48,645 nt of DNA from Saprolegnia diclina VS20 (taxonomy: Eukaryota), in contig NW_008246068.1 in assembly GCF_000281045.1 (NCBI RefSeq), forward strand, positions 252,709-301,353, given 5' to 3'. A model generated the notes under the pieces. It saw only the letters and a list, made by a program, of their open reading frames with translations. It had not been told where the DNA came from and ran no database searches. Numbering within the stretch: position 1 is the first letter of the stretch; each line of letters opens with the position of its first letter. Of this stretch, positions 36,296-47,525 are shown piece after piece. The position numbers and the translations under genes are program-made.

Positions 36296-37063
36296 ATGGC
36301 CACGACGAGAGCGGCAGCGGCGAGTGGCGCAGCGCCCGCCAAGGCAACGCACCGGAAGCGCGCGAGCCCACCGCCGGCGACCGCGCCAGCCAAGGCAACA
36401 GGCAAGCGCAAGCGTGCAGCGCCGGCGACGCCTGCCGCCGCGCCTGCCAAGACGACGCGCAAGCGTGCGAGCCCGCCACCAGCGCCCGCACCGGCCAAGC
36501 CGACGGGCAAGAAGCGCCGCACGGCGTCGGCGCCTCCCGCGGAAGAGCGGCGTCTTGCCACTTTCAACTTTGACTCGGACAGCGAGGACGAGGACGATGC
36601 CGATCGCCCGCCGCGCCGCGACGTCAAGGTGGTGTCGGACCCGACGGCCAAGAAGATCGAGGCCATCACGGTGAGCATCATGAAGGCCACGGGCAACAAG
36701 CCGTACAGCGGGATCTCGATGATGGACACGTGGTCGTCGATGCCCATGATGACGCTGTTTGCGCGAGAAATGACGGCGACGCGCAAGCTCTTGGCGGCGG
36801 CCAAGTACCCCGAGGCCATGGGCTCGCTGCTCGCGCTCTACATGAACATGGACCGGTACGACAACTGGTTTTGCGACACGGAGGACGTCGACGAGGTCTC
36901 ATCGACGTTCACTGCGTTCTACAAGCTCGCCCAAGACATTCTGGCCCACGACGACGCGACCTTGTGCCTCACGGGCCGCCCGATTCTGCTCGACGAGTTT
37001 CGCCGCTTTGGCGAAAAGGCCACGTCGCTCGGCTGTGACTACGAGTTTCCGTGGTTCGACTAA
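36296..37063 (+). CDS. Hypothetical protein with a Lys/Arg/Pro/Ala-rich repetitive N-terminus and a helical C-terminal domain
   Basis: 255-aa intronless ORF with GC3-rich codons. It has a duplicated PAKxTxKRASPPPxxAPAKxTGKxxR unit and an acidic patch DSDSEDEDD. Confidence 0.7.
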   Translation: MATTRAAAASGAAPAKATHRKRASPPPATAPAKATGKRKRAAPATPAAAPAKTTRKRASPPPAPAPAKPTGKKRRTASAPPAEERRLATFNFDSDSEDEDDADRPPRRDVKVVSDPTAKKIEAITVSIMKATGNKPYSGISMMDTWSSMPMMTLFAREMTATRKLLAAAKYPEAMGSLLALYMNMDRYDNWFCDTEDVDEVSSTFTAFYKLAQDILAHDDATLCLTGRPILLDEFRRFGEKATSLGCDYEFPWFD

Positions 37064-37324
37064 GCTAAACGCTAATTCAGTGTGCCACTGTCCCACGCAG
37101 CACTTCTCAAGGAAGGACACGCCATCGCAACGCAGTAGCAGGATGAGAGGGTCGTAGCGCTCTGCGGATGCTAGTCAGCGACGACAGACACACCAGGCAG
37201 AGGTGTGCTGGGAAGCCAAGGTACATGCAGCCGTCCCGTGTCCTCGCCATAGCCTCAGATGGTCTCTCCCTGGTCTCCCAACGTTCGTGAACAACACGCA
37301 AACTGCCTTATCGTCTCGAGGCTA

Positions 37325-39972
37325 CTACGCAGTGTCGTCGTACGAGTAGTCGATCATGTCGCCTTGGTAGGGCACGAGGTAGCCGCAGTCTTCGCTCAGT
37401 CCGGCTTGGCCGCGCTCGTCGCTCTGCGCAAAGTCAGGAAAGCAAGCGCAGAGCCCCGTGGCCTGGTTGCATACGCCTCTATACACGGTGTTGACGTCAA
37501 CGAAAGCCACTGGGAGCGATATCGCACCCGCCCGAACAAAGAATACTCTCAGTTGTGCCTTGGATCGAGCCGATAACGCCGTCCGTAGCGACCACAAAGG
37601 ACGGAACAGCAACGGCGTCCGCAACGACCGCAACCATCGGTGGCACGTCCCCGGATGTCGTCAAGAACGTCACGCGGACAAGGTTGGTACCTGTCGGCGT
37701 GCAGACCGTCGTGGCGCCGGCGCTAAACGCAACGGTGACGGCGCCGATCGCCGGTACGAGTCCGAGCGCCGCGCTAACTTGGGCCGCGGACGCTGTCGTC
37801 GCAATCGCGCCGGACGTTTGGCCACGAAAGCTCAGTTGGAACGTCGAGGGTGCTGTCGCGGTGCAGATAAGCACTTGCATCTCGTTCGTCTGCCCCGTCG
37901 TGCGCGGGTTGTCGCCGACCGCACACGTGCCTGTATGCACTTGATACATTGATACATAGGAGCTACGTACGCAACGCGCAGTCGTGGCCCGCAAAACCCG
38001 TGTCGCAATAGCAGCCTTGGATCTGGTTGAAATCCCAAGTCTAGACATGGACTATCAACTTTGTATCAGTCTATCAAGTGTCAATACCATCGGGTTGTTG
38101 GGCGTGGCGCCGTATGTAAACGGCGTCGGGCTGCCATTCCAAGTCGTCGACTGCAGCGAGAGACGGCCTTGCGTGAGACACTGCCCATGGCCTGAGCACG
38201 GCTCGGCAGTCGTTGTCGGACACGCCACTAGCAGCACATGAGACGGTGCGATGAGCATCAAGCAGCGCACGGCGCTGGCACGCGGCGCCTTCGTAGCCTG
38301 CGGCGCACTCGCAGAACCCGGTCGCTTGGTTGCAAATGCCCGCGTTCGAGCACGTGGCGTAGTGGTGGGCGTCGTTGCTGCTGCTCGGCGTATCAAACCA
38401 TGCTGGACCTTGCGGACACGTGCGGATCGAGCAGTCGCCCGAGGTCCACCCGTCATAGCAGAGACACGCGTACTGCGGCTCGCCCGAGCAATAGCCATGC
38501 CCGCTGCACGGCGTGACCGTTCCCTACGCTATCGTTTGAACCCACAGTATCAACTTGATCGGCCGATACAGGGCAGTTGGTGACTGTGCCTGTCGCGGCG
38601 CCGCAGTCGCCACGCGAGCCGAGGTTGCCGTAGCCGTCGCTCGTGTCAAAGTCGGCATAGCACGTGCAGACCCCCTAACCTCATGCATTAAGACGACGTC
38701 ACTGGACACAGTGCGAGTACGGTGCCGAGGTCGCACGTCCCACGGTTCGAACACGGGGCATTCTCCTTTGATCCTGCTTGCAATCGCGCGGTCAACAGCT
38801 GCACCGTGCCGCCGACGGCCGTGTATTCGAGGTTGGCTGGGTTGCCCACGAGCAGTGGCTGCCTACAGCCCCCATAATGTCCCGCACAAGCCATGTACAA
38901 AGGACACTAGGGTACATCGACGATATAACTACGTACAGTCCAAAGTCGTGAAGGAATTCGATCGCAATCACGTTGCCCGCAGGCGGGCAGGCGAGAAGCG
39001 TTGTGCTTGCATACGTCACCGCGACGTGCGCGATGCTAGCGAGAGCCTAGCCCAAGGACATCCAACAGACGCCCGCTCACAGCACGTGTACGTTAAGCTT
39101 GGCCGCAAAGACAGCCACCGGGTCGTTCCACTGGATCGGGACAGTCGTGAGCCCGCGAAACGACAGTGTAAAGGTGCCGGCCTGGACAGGACGCTGCAAT
39201 GAGCTTGACGGGGCAAGCCCGAGCGTCGTACCGTCGCAGCGCACGTGAGCGACTGCATCTCGTTGAACTGCTGGCCAAAGATGAGATCGCCGGCAAACCC
39301 CGTGAGCGGATCGTCGCCCGTCGGGCAGAGCGCTACACCATACATCGGCCATGGGATGCGGATGGCCCGATCGAAGGCGGTATGTACTCTGCGAGCAGTC
39401 GGGGCCCGTGTGGCGGTCAAGACACATGCAGCCATAGATCATGTCGCTGTCCCAGACGTGCGTGTACACGACGGGCGGTGGCAGCCCCGCATCCTTCTGC
39501 GTCGCGAGGTACTTCATGGACCGGCACTCGCCGTTCTTGCCGCAGCCACCGGGACAGCCCACTAGGTCAGAAAGACAATCCTATCGTCCGCAGTCGCAAC
39601 ACGGTCGTACTGCGATCGCAGGCCGCGCCCGTGAAGCCAGGATCGCAGCGGCAGACGCCCGTGGCGTGGTCGCACGTGCCACGGTTCGAGCAGACGCTGC
39701 GGACGTGCGCTTGGTCGACGCCCGTGCCCGTGCTGGCCCACGCCTTGCCCGTCGGGCAGGCACCTAACGCGCTCATGTCGAGGCCACGTTGCACTGTACG
39801 AGAGCGTACGCTTGGAACAGTCAGCGCCGAGGAAGCCGGCAAAGCACGCGCAGACGCAGCCGTTGCCGGCGATGTTGCACTTGCCTTTGCCCGAACACGA
39901 GTTGGGGCAGCACGTCGCTGCCAGCGTCAGCGCGGCCGTCGCCGCCACGAGAGCCGCCTCTAGGACGCGCAT
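37325..39972 (-). CDS. Secreted Cys-rich EGF-like protein of the stramenopile mastigoneme/Sig1-like family, with two tandem modules, multi-exon
   Basis: Signal peptide MRVLEAALVAATAALTLA, then CPNSCSGKG, CPTGKAW..AH..CSNRGTCD, WDSDMIYGCMC and CPTGDDP. A second module has PCSGHG, CPQGPAWFD..AH..CSNAGICN and CAVGDNP. Confidence 0.75.
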
Positions 39973-40434
39973 ACCGATGGAAATAGCTGCCGTTGGAAAC
40001 GGCTCCCAACGAATTCATGGCGTCCGTCGACGGCGCCAGCTCCTCCGCCAGCTCTACCGCTCACTAGCTCTGCCGCTCGCCACGAGCAGCCTCGCGCTGG
40101 GTTCGATACCGGTCCTGTGCGTCTACAGTGTGCTAGTAGTACTTGCTGGGCAAAAGTCCTTTCTGAGCTCCTTCCTGTCGACCGCTCGATCGACCTGTCG
40201 CGTCGCCTGCAGGACCATAGCGTTGTCATTGCCAGCGACATGGGCCTGCGCCGTGGTGCTATCCAAGGCCTCGCCCGCCCTCGCCAGCTTGGAGCTCGGA
40301 GCTCGGAGCTCGCAGCTCGCAAGCGATCTTGCCGGTGCCAGCTGCTTTTTCGGATCGCATGTTCTGGCTTCCTCCCGTTGTTCGGCGCAGCGTCCCAGAA
40401 CTCAGACCTGCTTCATTCCACAGAAACTCGAACG

Positions 40435-40833
40435 ATGCAGCTCCTCACGCTCCTCGCCGTCGCTGCCATGGCGACCGCCGACCACATCACGGGCGGGTAT
40501 AGCCCAACCAAGTCCCGCGTTTCGCTCGACGCCAAGACCGACTTCTTCACGGCGGTCGGCAACGACGCGAACTACGCGCCGGCGACCAACGGCGTGCGCA
40601 TCTGCGCGACCAAGTTTGTGAGCGTCTCGCAGCAGGTCGTCGCGGGGATCAACTACAAGTTCCGCGTCAAGGGCTGCGCGGTCGATCGCGCGGCCAACGC
40701 CGTGAAGGACTGCGTCTGCCCCAAGGACGCGCCACGCCAAACGTACGACATCAGCATCTACGTGCAGGGCTGGACCGACACGTACACGGTCAACAGCATC
40801 ACGAATGTCACGGACGCCAAGGCCGACTTGTAG
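40435..40833 (+). CDS. Secreted cystatin-like cysteine protease inhibitor (EPIC-like)
   Basis: Signal peptide MQLLTLLAVAAMATA, N-terminal GGY, QQVVAG (QxVxG) loop and YVQGW second loop. Confidence 0.88.
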   Translation: MQLLTLLAVAAMATADHITGGYSPTKSRVSLDAKTDFFTAVGNDANYAPATNGVRICATKFVSVSQQVVAGINYKFRVKGCAVDRAANAVKDCVCPKDAPRQTYDISIYVQGWTDTYTVNSITNVTDAKADL

Positions 40834-41065
40834 TCGTCATCAATGGCCGCCTGTCCATAGCCCTCGTTCGTTGTAAGCGCAAGAACAGAGGCGTGCTTGG
40901 ATGCATGCGTCGCCTGGTGCTGACGTCCATGCCCGACATGCGGAAGCTACGTGCATGCGTCCGCTCGTTCTGCTTCGCACAAGTGTGGGTATATGGCTGT
41001 TTACGGGTTAGAAACGTCTAGCGACGAAGAAGAGATGATGCAGAAGATACGATGCGAGCACATGC

Positions 41066-43035
41066 TTAGAGCACTTCATAAGCCGGGCCGCCACCGCCTT
41101 CGGGCACCGTCCAGTTGATGTACTCCTTGGGCATCTTGATCGAGCAGCACTTGCAGTGGATGCAGTTTTGCGCGTTGATGACGAGCTGCGGCTTGCCATT
41201 CGCGCCCTCCTCCGAGCCGTCCGTGTACTCGTAGACCTTGGCCGGGCAAAAGCGCTGCTCCGGGCCGGCGTACGTGGGGAACGACTCGTTGGCCGGCACG
41301 TCCTTGAGCTCGGGCTTGATGCGCAAATGCGCGGGCTGGTCGGCGTGGTTGGTGCCGCTGCGCTGGAGGTTCGAGAGCAAGTCGAACGTCAAGACGCCGT
41401 CGGGCTTGGGGTACTCGATCGGCGTGCACTCGCTCGCCGGCTTGGTCTTGGCCGAGTCGACGGTCGTCGTCGGGATCGTCCACGGCTCCTTGCCGTTCAG
41501 AATGAACGCCGAGAGGCCCGAGTAGATGAGACCCGGGAGCGTGCCCCAGTGGAAGGCTTGGTGGCAGTTGCGCACCTTTTTGAGCTCGTCGGCGATCCAC
41601 GACGACTCGACAGCGCTCTCGTAGCTCGCGAGGTCGGCGGCGCTTTCGGCCGCGTCAATCTCGCCGGTCGTCGCCACCGGCTCGGCGCCGTCCTTGGTGA
41701 GCGCCTCGTACGCGGCCTCGGCCGCCAGCATGCCCGACTTCATGGCCGTGTGCGTGCCCTTGATCTTGATGCTGTTGAGGAAGCCGGCCGAACACCCGAT
41801 GAGCGCACCACCCGGGAACGAGAGCTTGGGAATCGCATGGTACCCGCCCTAGGCACATAGGAAAAGATAAGATATGTGAGGACAAGGACAAGGATATATG
41901 TACCTCGTTGAGGACACGGGCGCCGTAGGCGACGCACTCGCCGCCCTCGAGGTGCGACCGGACGGCCGGGTGCGTCTTGAAGCGCTGGAACTCCTCGTAC
42001 GGGTTGAGGTACGGGTTCTCATAGTCGAGGCCGACGACCATGCCGATCTGGACGAGGTCTTCTTCCATGTGGTAGAGGAACGAGCCACCAAACGTCTTGT
42101 CCATGAGCGACGACTGCAGCGGCCACCCGAGCGTGTGCTGGACAAGGCCCGGCGTGTGCTTCTCCTTTGGGATGCGCCACACCTCCTTGATACCAAGGCC
42201 GTACGTCTGCGGCTGCGCGTCCTTGCGCAACTCAAACTTCTTCATGACTTCCTCGCTGCACGAGCCGCGGCAGCCCTCGCCAAAGAGCGTCACGCGGCCA
42301 CGGAGCTCCATGCCGCGGGCAAACGTCTCCTTGGGCGTGCCGTCCTTCTCCAGGCCGACGTCGCGCGTTGCGATACCGCGCACCGAGCCGTCGTCACGGT
42401 ACAAAACCTCGGACGCCGAAAAGCCCGGGTAGATCTCGACACCGAGCTCTTCGGCCTGCGTGCCGAGCCAGCGCGTGAGCTTGCCCAAGCTAATGACGTA
42501 GTTGCCCTCATTGTGCTACACAGCATCGATGGCCATGAGCGAACAGGGTTTGGAAGGGGATGGGCGCCGTACCACTTGCGGCGGCAACAAAAAGTTGGGC
42601 AGCTGGATCGACTTTTCCTTCGAGATGATGAGAAAGCTATCGGTCGTGACCGGCGTATCGAGCGGCGCGCCCTTCTCCTTCCAGTCCGGGATCAATTCGT
42701 TAAGCGCATGGGGCTCAAACACGTTGCCTAGAGGCAAAGATTTTGAGTTTCGCCGCCGTTGCGCTGCATGGCGTACCCGACACGATGTGCGAGCCGACCT
42801 CGGCGCCCTTCTCGACAACGCACACCGAGAGGTCGGTGCCCTTCTCGAGGCTAAGCTGCTTGAGGCGGATGGCCGCCGAGAGACTCGCCGGGCCCGCGCC
42901 GACAAGCACCACGTCGTAGTCCATGCCTTCGCGCTCCGCATGCAGGATCTCGTCGTAGCTGCCCGATGCAAAGCCACGCGACCAGCGCGCCGTCGCCCGC
43001 TGGACGACCTTGGAGCGAAGCGACCGAGCGAGCAT
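41066..43035 (-). CDS. ETFDH: Mitochondrial electron transfer flavoprotein-ubiquinone oxidoreductase, multi-exon
   Basis: Arg-rich presequence [21 protein letters not shown] motif [32 protein letters not shown], and the Fe-S motif RFCPAKVYE...NCIHCKCC...[10 protein letters not shown]. Confidence 0.96.
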
Positions 43036-43705
43036 CGTATCTTCGTGAGCTCGACGGGCGAAATGCGAAAATGGGGGCAAATCTCTGGTTGGGCCAGGTC
43101 CATTTATAATAATCGAGCGAAAAGCGACGTCACTATTTTTATTCGTCTTTTAATTCTGCAACATAGACTTGCTATACAAGATTGCTGTTCTAAAATAAAC
43201 AAGAGTGCATGTTTTTAATATCAATCGAGCGCTTGACGCTGACGGCAACAGACTATTCACTTGGTCTTTGTATGTGTATTTTAATACATTGCGCACCATA
43301 TGCATATTATTATTGTATACTCGACACATCTACGTCATCGGTTTCAAGCATCCCAGGTGCGGGAACTTGAAGCGCGCGCTCCAGTTCACTCGTGTTCTTG
43401 TGGCCGCGTTCGGCGCCCGCTTGATTTCTCGCTGCATGGCCACGACGCAGTCGCATGGGTACACGTTCTGCCCACTGCGCGCTATTGGGAGACAAAGATC
43501 GGTGCTGCGCATCCACCGCACGTTTGGGTCCACCCCAGCTGGCAGCCATTCCCTTCTTGCGGCGAGTTTGGCGCAAAGTGAAGGAGTGGCAACTTCAAGT
43601 GCGAACCTCAAGTGCGCGCACTGCAAATGCGTCCAATCTTCAAGGGATAAAGAGCAGGAACCGAACCGACGCCAGAGGAGAGACGCGGAAGAGAGCATTA
43701 GCCGC

Positions 43706-46700
43706 ATGAACAACGTCGACGTCTGCTGCATGATGGACGTGGGCGACAAGCACATGAGCTCCATGTGTCGGGTCAAGGAGCTGCCCGAAGCCGCGTCGCC
43801 CGAGGCCAAGCTGCCCGCCCTTGACCGCACGTCCCATGGGTCGTCGAGCGAAACGGACGACCGCCGGTCCGAAGCCGACCGCAACACGTTCGCGATGAAC
43901 CTCCCGGGCGCGTCCATGTCTGGCATTGCGGTCCAGTACCTCTACGCCCGCTACGTGCGTGCGGTTGACGCGGCCAACGCGGCCAAGTTCCGCCTCTTCC
44001 AGCGCCCCAAGGACGCGACGCGTCGGCCATTGGACCTCGTCAGCTTTACGCTGCTGTTTCCACGCCTTCAAGCGCTGCCACACGCCACCGTCACGAGCTG
44101 CTATCGGCTCTTCCGGCCCTACGACGCGGTCACATGCATCCAAGTGCTCCAGTTCCTCGACCTTGACCCGCATCGTTTTGTCTTTGACTGGTTCACAGCC
44201 AGCATGTCGTTTCCGGGCGGGAAGCTCAAGAAGAAGAACGTCATGTACCGCAAGGAGCTGCATCTCTTGCTCGAGACCGCGCATGTGCTCTCGGGCGTCC
44301 GCGACGTCGGCGCCGAGTCTTTTCCCGAGATGCTCACGCGCGACCAGTTTGCTGCGGCGCTGCCGCCGAGCCTCGTCAAGCGCTTGCTGGCGCCGTTCGC
44401 CGTGTTCTCACAACCCGACGGCAACGACAGGCCAAGTGACGCGCCGTCGTCATCCTTGCAGTTTGCGGTCGCGATCGAGTGGTGGCAGTCGTGGCGGGCG
44501 TACGCCGACCCGAGCGACAGCGACAACAACAACAATGAGCACGAGAGCGACGGGCCTTGCCCGCCCTCGATCTACAACCAAGCGCTGGCCGACGCCATGC
44601 AGACGTCCGACACGCTTCTCGACGGCGTTGATTACGTCACCGTGTCGCCAAAGACGTGGCACGCGCTCCAGTCGCGGTTCGGTGGCGGCCCCGCGCTGCC
44701 GTGCTACAACGGCGTGTACCGCCTCGTGACGCTCGCGATCGCTCTCTCCGAGCGCGACGGGCGGCCGAGTCCGCAGTCGCGGTCGCTCCAGGTGCCCCCA
44801 AGTGCGCGCCTTGTCGACCTCAAGGACGTCGCCGTCGCGCTGCATGACGTCAATATGGAAGCCCGTTTGTGGTGTCGTGACGCCGACGGCCACTGGGTTC
44901 TCGTCGCCTCCGATCTCACCGCTGCCGACGTGACATCGTCCGAACTCCTTCTTGAGACCCGACCTTCGAACGCGACCGAGTGGCCGCGCATTCTGCTTCG
45001 CACGCCGCGCGACTTTCGCCCGCTGCGCATCGGTGACGCTGTCGACGCGTTCGACTGCGAACAGGTGTGGCGGCCGGGCGTCGTGCACCGCGTGAGCACC
45101 GACGGCACGCGTGTGCTTGTCTCGTTCGTAGGCTTCCACGCCATGTACAACGAGTGGATCCACCACGACTCGGGCAAGCTCCAGCCGCGCCACAGCCGCG
45201 CCGACAGCGACCGCGGTCTCTGGCCGTCGCCGATCCCGCGTCTCAACCCCGGCTACGCTGGGGCCGTCGGGCTGCTCAACTTGGGCAACACGTGTTTCCT
45301 CAACTGTGCGCTGCAGTGTCTAGCGGCCACACCCATCTTGCGGTCGTACTTGCTCTCGACGCAGTACGCAGGTCACATCAACAAGACCAACCCGCTCGGC
45401 ACCAAAGGCAAAGTCGTGTCGGCGGTTGCCAACGTCGTCGCGTCGCTTTGGGCGCCGACGGGCACGATCGCAACGACGACCGTGTCACCGTCGGCCCTTC
45501 GCAAGCTCGTGGCCAAAGCGCGGCCGCAGTTTGACAGCTATGACCAGCAAGATGCGCACGAGTACATGGCGGCCCTCCTCGATGCGATACATGAAGACGT
45601 CAAGCGTAGCGCGGGCTTTCTCGAGCCGACGGCCGACGACGACGCTGCGTGGCGTGCCCACGTGGCCGGGAACCACTCGATCGTCACCGATGTCTTCCAC
45701 GGTCTCCTCCAGAGCCAGACAGTCTGCGACGCGTGCGACCACCGGTCGATCTCGCACGACCCGTTCCTGTGCTTTAGCCTCTCGATCCCCGTCGTCCTTC
45801 GGTGCGCGCTCCGTATCCTCGTGTTTCGACAAGACGCATCGCCCAAGGTCTGCGACGTGGCGCTGCCGTCGAACGAAGGCGCGCTGCGGACGGTCTTGGA
45901 CGACTTGGGGTGTCAACTGCAGACGTCGCCCTCCGTCTTGCGCCTCGTGCACGTGCAGAACCACCGGTTCGTGCGGGTGCTGAGCCCGGACACGCTCGTG
46001 TGCGACATCGAAGGCGCGACAATCTACTGCTTTGAGCGCCTCACGCGGCTTCCGACACGGCTTGGCATGCCCGTCGCTGTGGTATCGGACCCGCGCCTGC
46101 GTCCCGAGACGGGTGTCCTCGCGGGCAGCGACGCCGACACGTTGACCGTCGCGTTCGCCAGTGGCATCAAGCAGACGTTTGCGGCCGACGTCTGGTACAG
46201 GACGGTCAAGCCGATGACCAAAGAAGGGATCGTGGACCTCCAGGTCGTCCACCGGGTCGACGGCCAGCTCGGTGGTATTCCGTTCGTGCTCTCACTGGGG
46301 TCGGACCGCACCACGGCCGAGCTGCACGCGGCGATCAACAAGGAACTGCGTCGCCTGGTGGCAACGACGGCCGCCTACACCATAGCGGCGATGGCCATGA
46401 GCAACCCGGGCAAGACCGTTGATGTACCGTGCGACACGACGCCGTTCTTGCGGTACGTCACGCCGCCCGAGGTCGTCGTCCTTGAATGGACGGCATCGCC
46501 CATGTTTGTGGACGACTTTGCGTCGGCGCTGCGCCCAGTGACGCGCGACGTGCCCGAGCTGACGCTGCGTCGGTGCCTCGAGTCGTTCATGGCCACCGAG
46601 CGCATGGGCGTCGACTGGGCGTGTGAGCAGTGCCAGAGCACGTCCGGCGGGACTCGCTACACGGACCTGTCGCGGTCGCCCGACATTCTCATGCTGCACC

Positions 46701-47077
46701 TCAAGCGCTTTCACTACTCGAGCGTCCAGCACCATAAAGTCAACGAGCTCGTGACGTTTCCGCTGGAAGGACTCGACTTGACGCCGTATTTGCACAAAGT
46801 CCCATCCGACGTCAACAGCGGTCTCTATGACCTGTTTGCGGTCGCCAACCACACGGGCGGGCTCAGCGAAGGCCACTACACGACATACTGCCGCTTTGAC
46901 CTCCCGCGTCACGACGTGTCGCTCGAGAGCGCGCTGCCAACGTCGCACGTCTGGCTCTGCTTTGACGACGAAGTGGTGTGTGAGATCCCGGCGTCCAAAG
47001 TCGTCTCCAACGCTGCGTACGTGCTCTTCTACAAGCGCCGACTACCGTCAAGCACGAGTCAACTCTACGCACTCTGA
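43706..47077 (+). CDS. Ubiquitin-specific protease (C19) with DUSP, UBL-like and Tudor/Agenet-like domains; start uncertain (43436 or 43706 and later)
   Basis: DUSP: EWWQSWRAY...IYNQAL...DYVTV..KTW..LQSRFGGGP. Cys box GLLNLGNTCFLNCALQCL, QQDAHE, LHLKRF, His box NHTGGLSEGHYT, FDDE and AYVLFYKR. Confidence 0.92.
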   Translation: MNNVDVCCMMDVGDKHMSSMCRVKELPEAASPEAKLPALDRTSHGSSSETDDRRSEADRNTFAMNLPGASMSGIAVQYLYARYVRAVDAANAAKFRLFQRPKDATRRPLDLVSFTLLFPRLQALPHATVTSCYRLFRPYDAVTCIQVLQFLDLDPHRFVFDWFTASMSFPGGKLKKKNVMYRKELHLLLETAHVLSGVRDVGAESFPEMLTRDQFAAALPPSLVKRLLAPFAVFSQPDGNDRPSDAPSSSLQFAVAIEWWQSWRAYADPSDSDNNNNEHESDGPCPPSIYNQALADAMQTSDTLLDGVDYVTVSPKTWHALQSRFGGGPALPCYNGVYRLVTLAIALSERDGRPSPQSRSLQVPPSARLVDLKDVAVALHDVNMEARLWCRDADGHWVLVASDLTAADVTSSELLLETRPSNATEWPRILLRTPRDFRPLRIGDAVDAFDCEQVWRPGVVHRVSTDGTRVLVSFVGFHAMYNEWIHHDSGKLQPRHSRADSDRGLWPSPIPRLNPGYAGAVGLLNLGNTCFLNCALQCLAATPILRSYLLSTQYAGHINKTNPLGTKGKVVSAVANVVASLWAPTGTIATTTVSPSALRKLVAKARPQFDSYDQQDAHEYMAALLDAIHEDVKRSAGFLEPTADDDAAWRAHVAGNHSIVTDVFHGLLQSQTVCDACDHRSISHDPFLCFSLSIPVVLRCALRILVFRQDASPKVCDVALPSNEGALRTVLDDLGCQLQTSPSVLRLVHVQNHRFVRVLSPDTLVCDIEGATIYCFERLTRLPTRLGMPVAVVSDPRLRPETGVLAGSDADTLTVAFASGIKQTFAADVWYRTVKPMTKEGIVDLQVVHRVDGQLGGIPFVLSLGSDRTTAELHAAINKELRRLVATTAAYTIAAMAMSNPGKTVDVPCDTTPFLRYVTPPEVVVLEWTASPMFVDDFASALRPVTRDVPELTLRRCLESFMATERMGVDWACEQCQSTSGGTRYTDLSRSPDILMLHLKRFHYSSVQHHKVNELVTFPLEGLDLTPYLHKVPSDVNSGLYDLFAVANHTGGLSEGHYTTYCRFDLPRHDVSLESALPTSHVWLCFDDEVVCEIPASKVVSNAAYVLFYKRRLPSSTSQLYAL

Positions 47078-47525
47078 CATAGTGATTGTACTTTTATTCT
47101 TGATCAACATTGACTGTACACTAGCATGCACGGGCGGTCTCGGGATCCGGAGGCCGCTACGAGAGTAGGGTAGTCGCACATCAACTAAAGTACGTTGCAA
47201 CACGAGTCAAACTAGCTGCCACGCGGTGCATGTCTGCTGACACGGGGGAGGACACTCGGAGTCCCAGTCGCTTGCGCCTCCACAAGACATTTTATGCTCC
47301 ATTTTTGGCGCGATCACAGAATGTGCGTTCTCGATTGGCTAAAAATGGGATCCGCACGTCCAGTGATTGGCCCATCCATGATCTTTTTGACATGCAAAGA
47401 CGTGGCACGCTCTCGACGCTCGACATGATCTGTGCATTGTCTGCTGCTTTGGCCCGAGACACGACGTAGACGCAAGAAGACATTTCATCGGTATATCGCG
47501 TACTAGTATACAACAGACATGTACA

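Noticed and set aside
40090..40115. GGTTCGATACC tRNA-like motif
   Set aside because: No cloverleaf can be formed around it.
39990..40400. Coding-like minus-strand stretch between the mastigoneme-like gene and the cystatin
   Set aside because: It is interrupted by stops and gives no consistent gene model or motif.
43205..43435. N-terminal extension of the 1290-aa USP ORF
   Set aside because: AT-rich, promoter-like sequence divergent from ETFDH; the true start is probably downstream.
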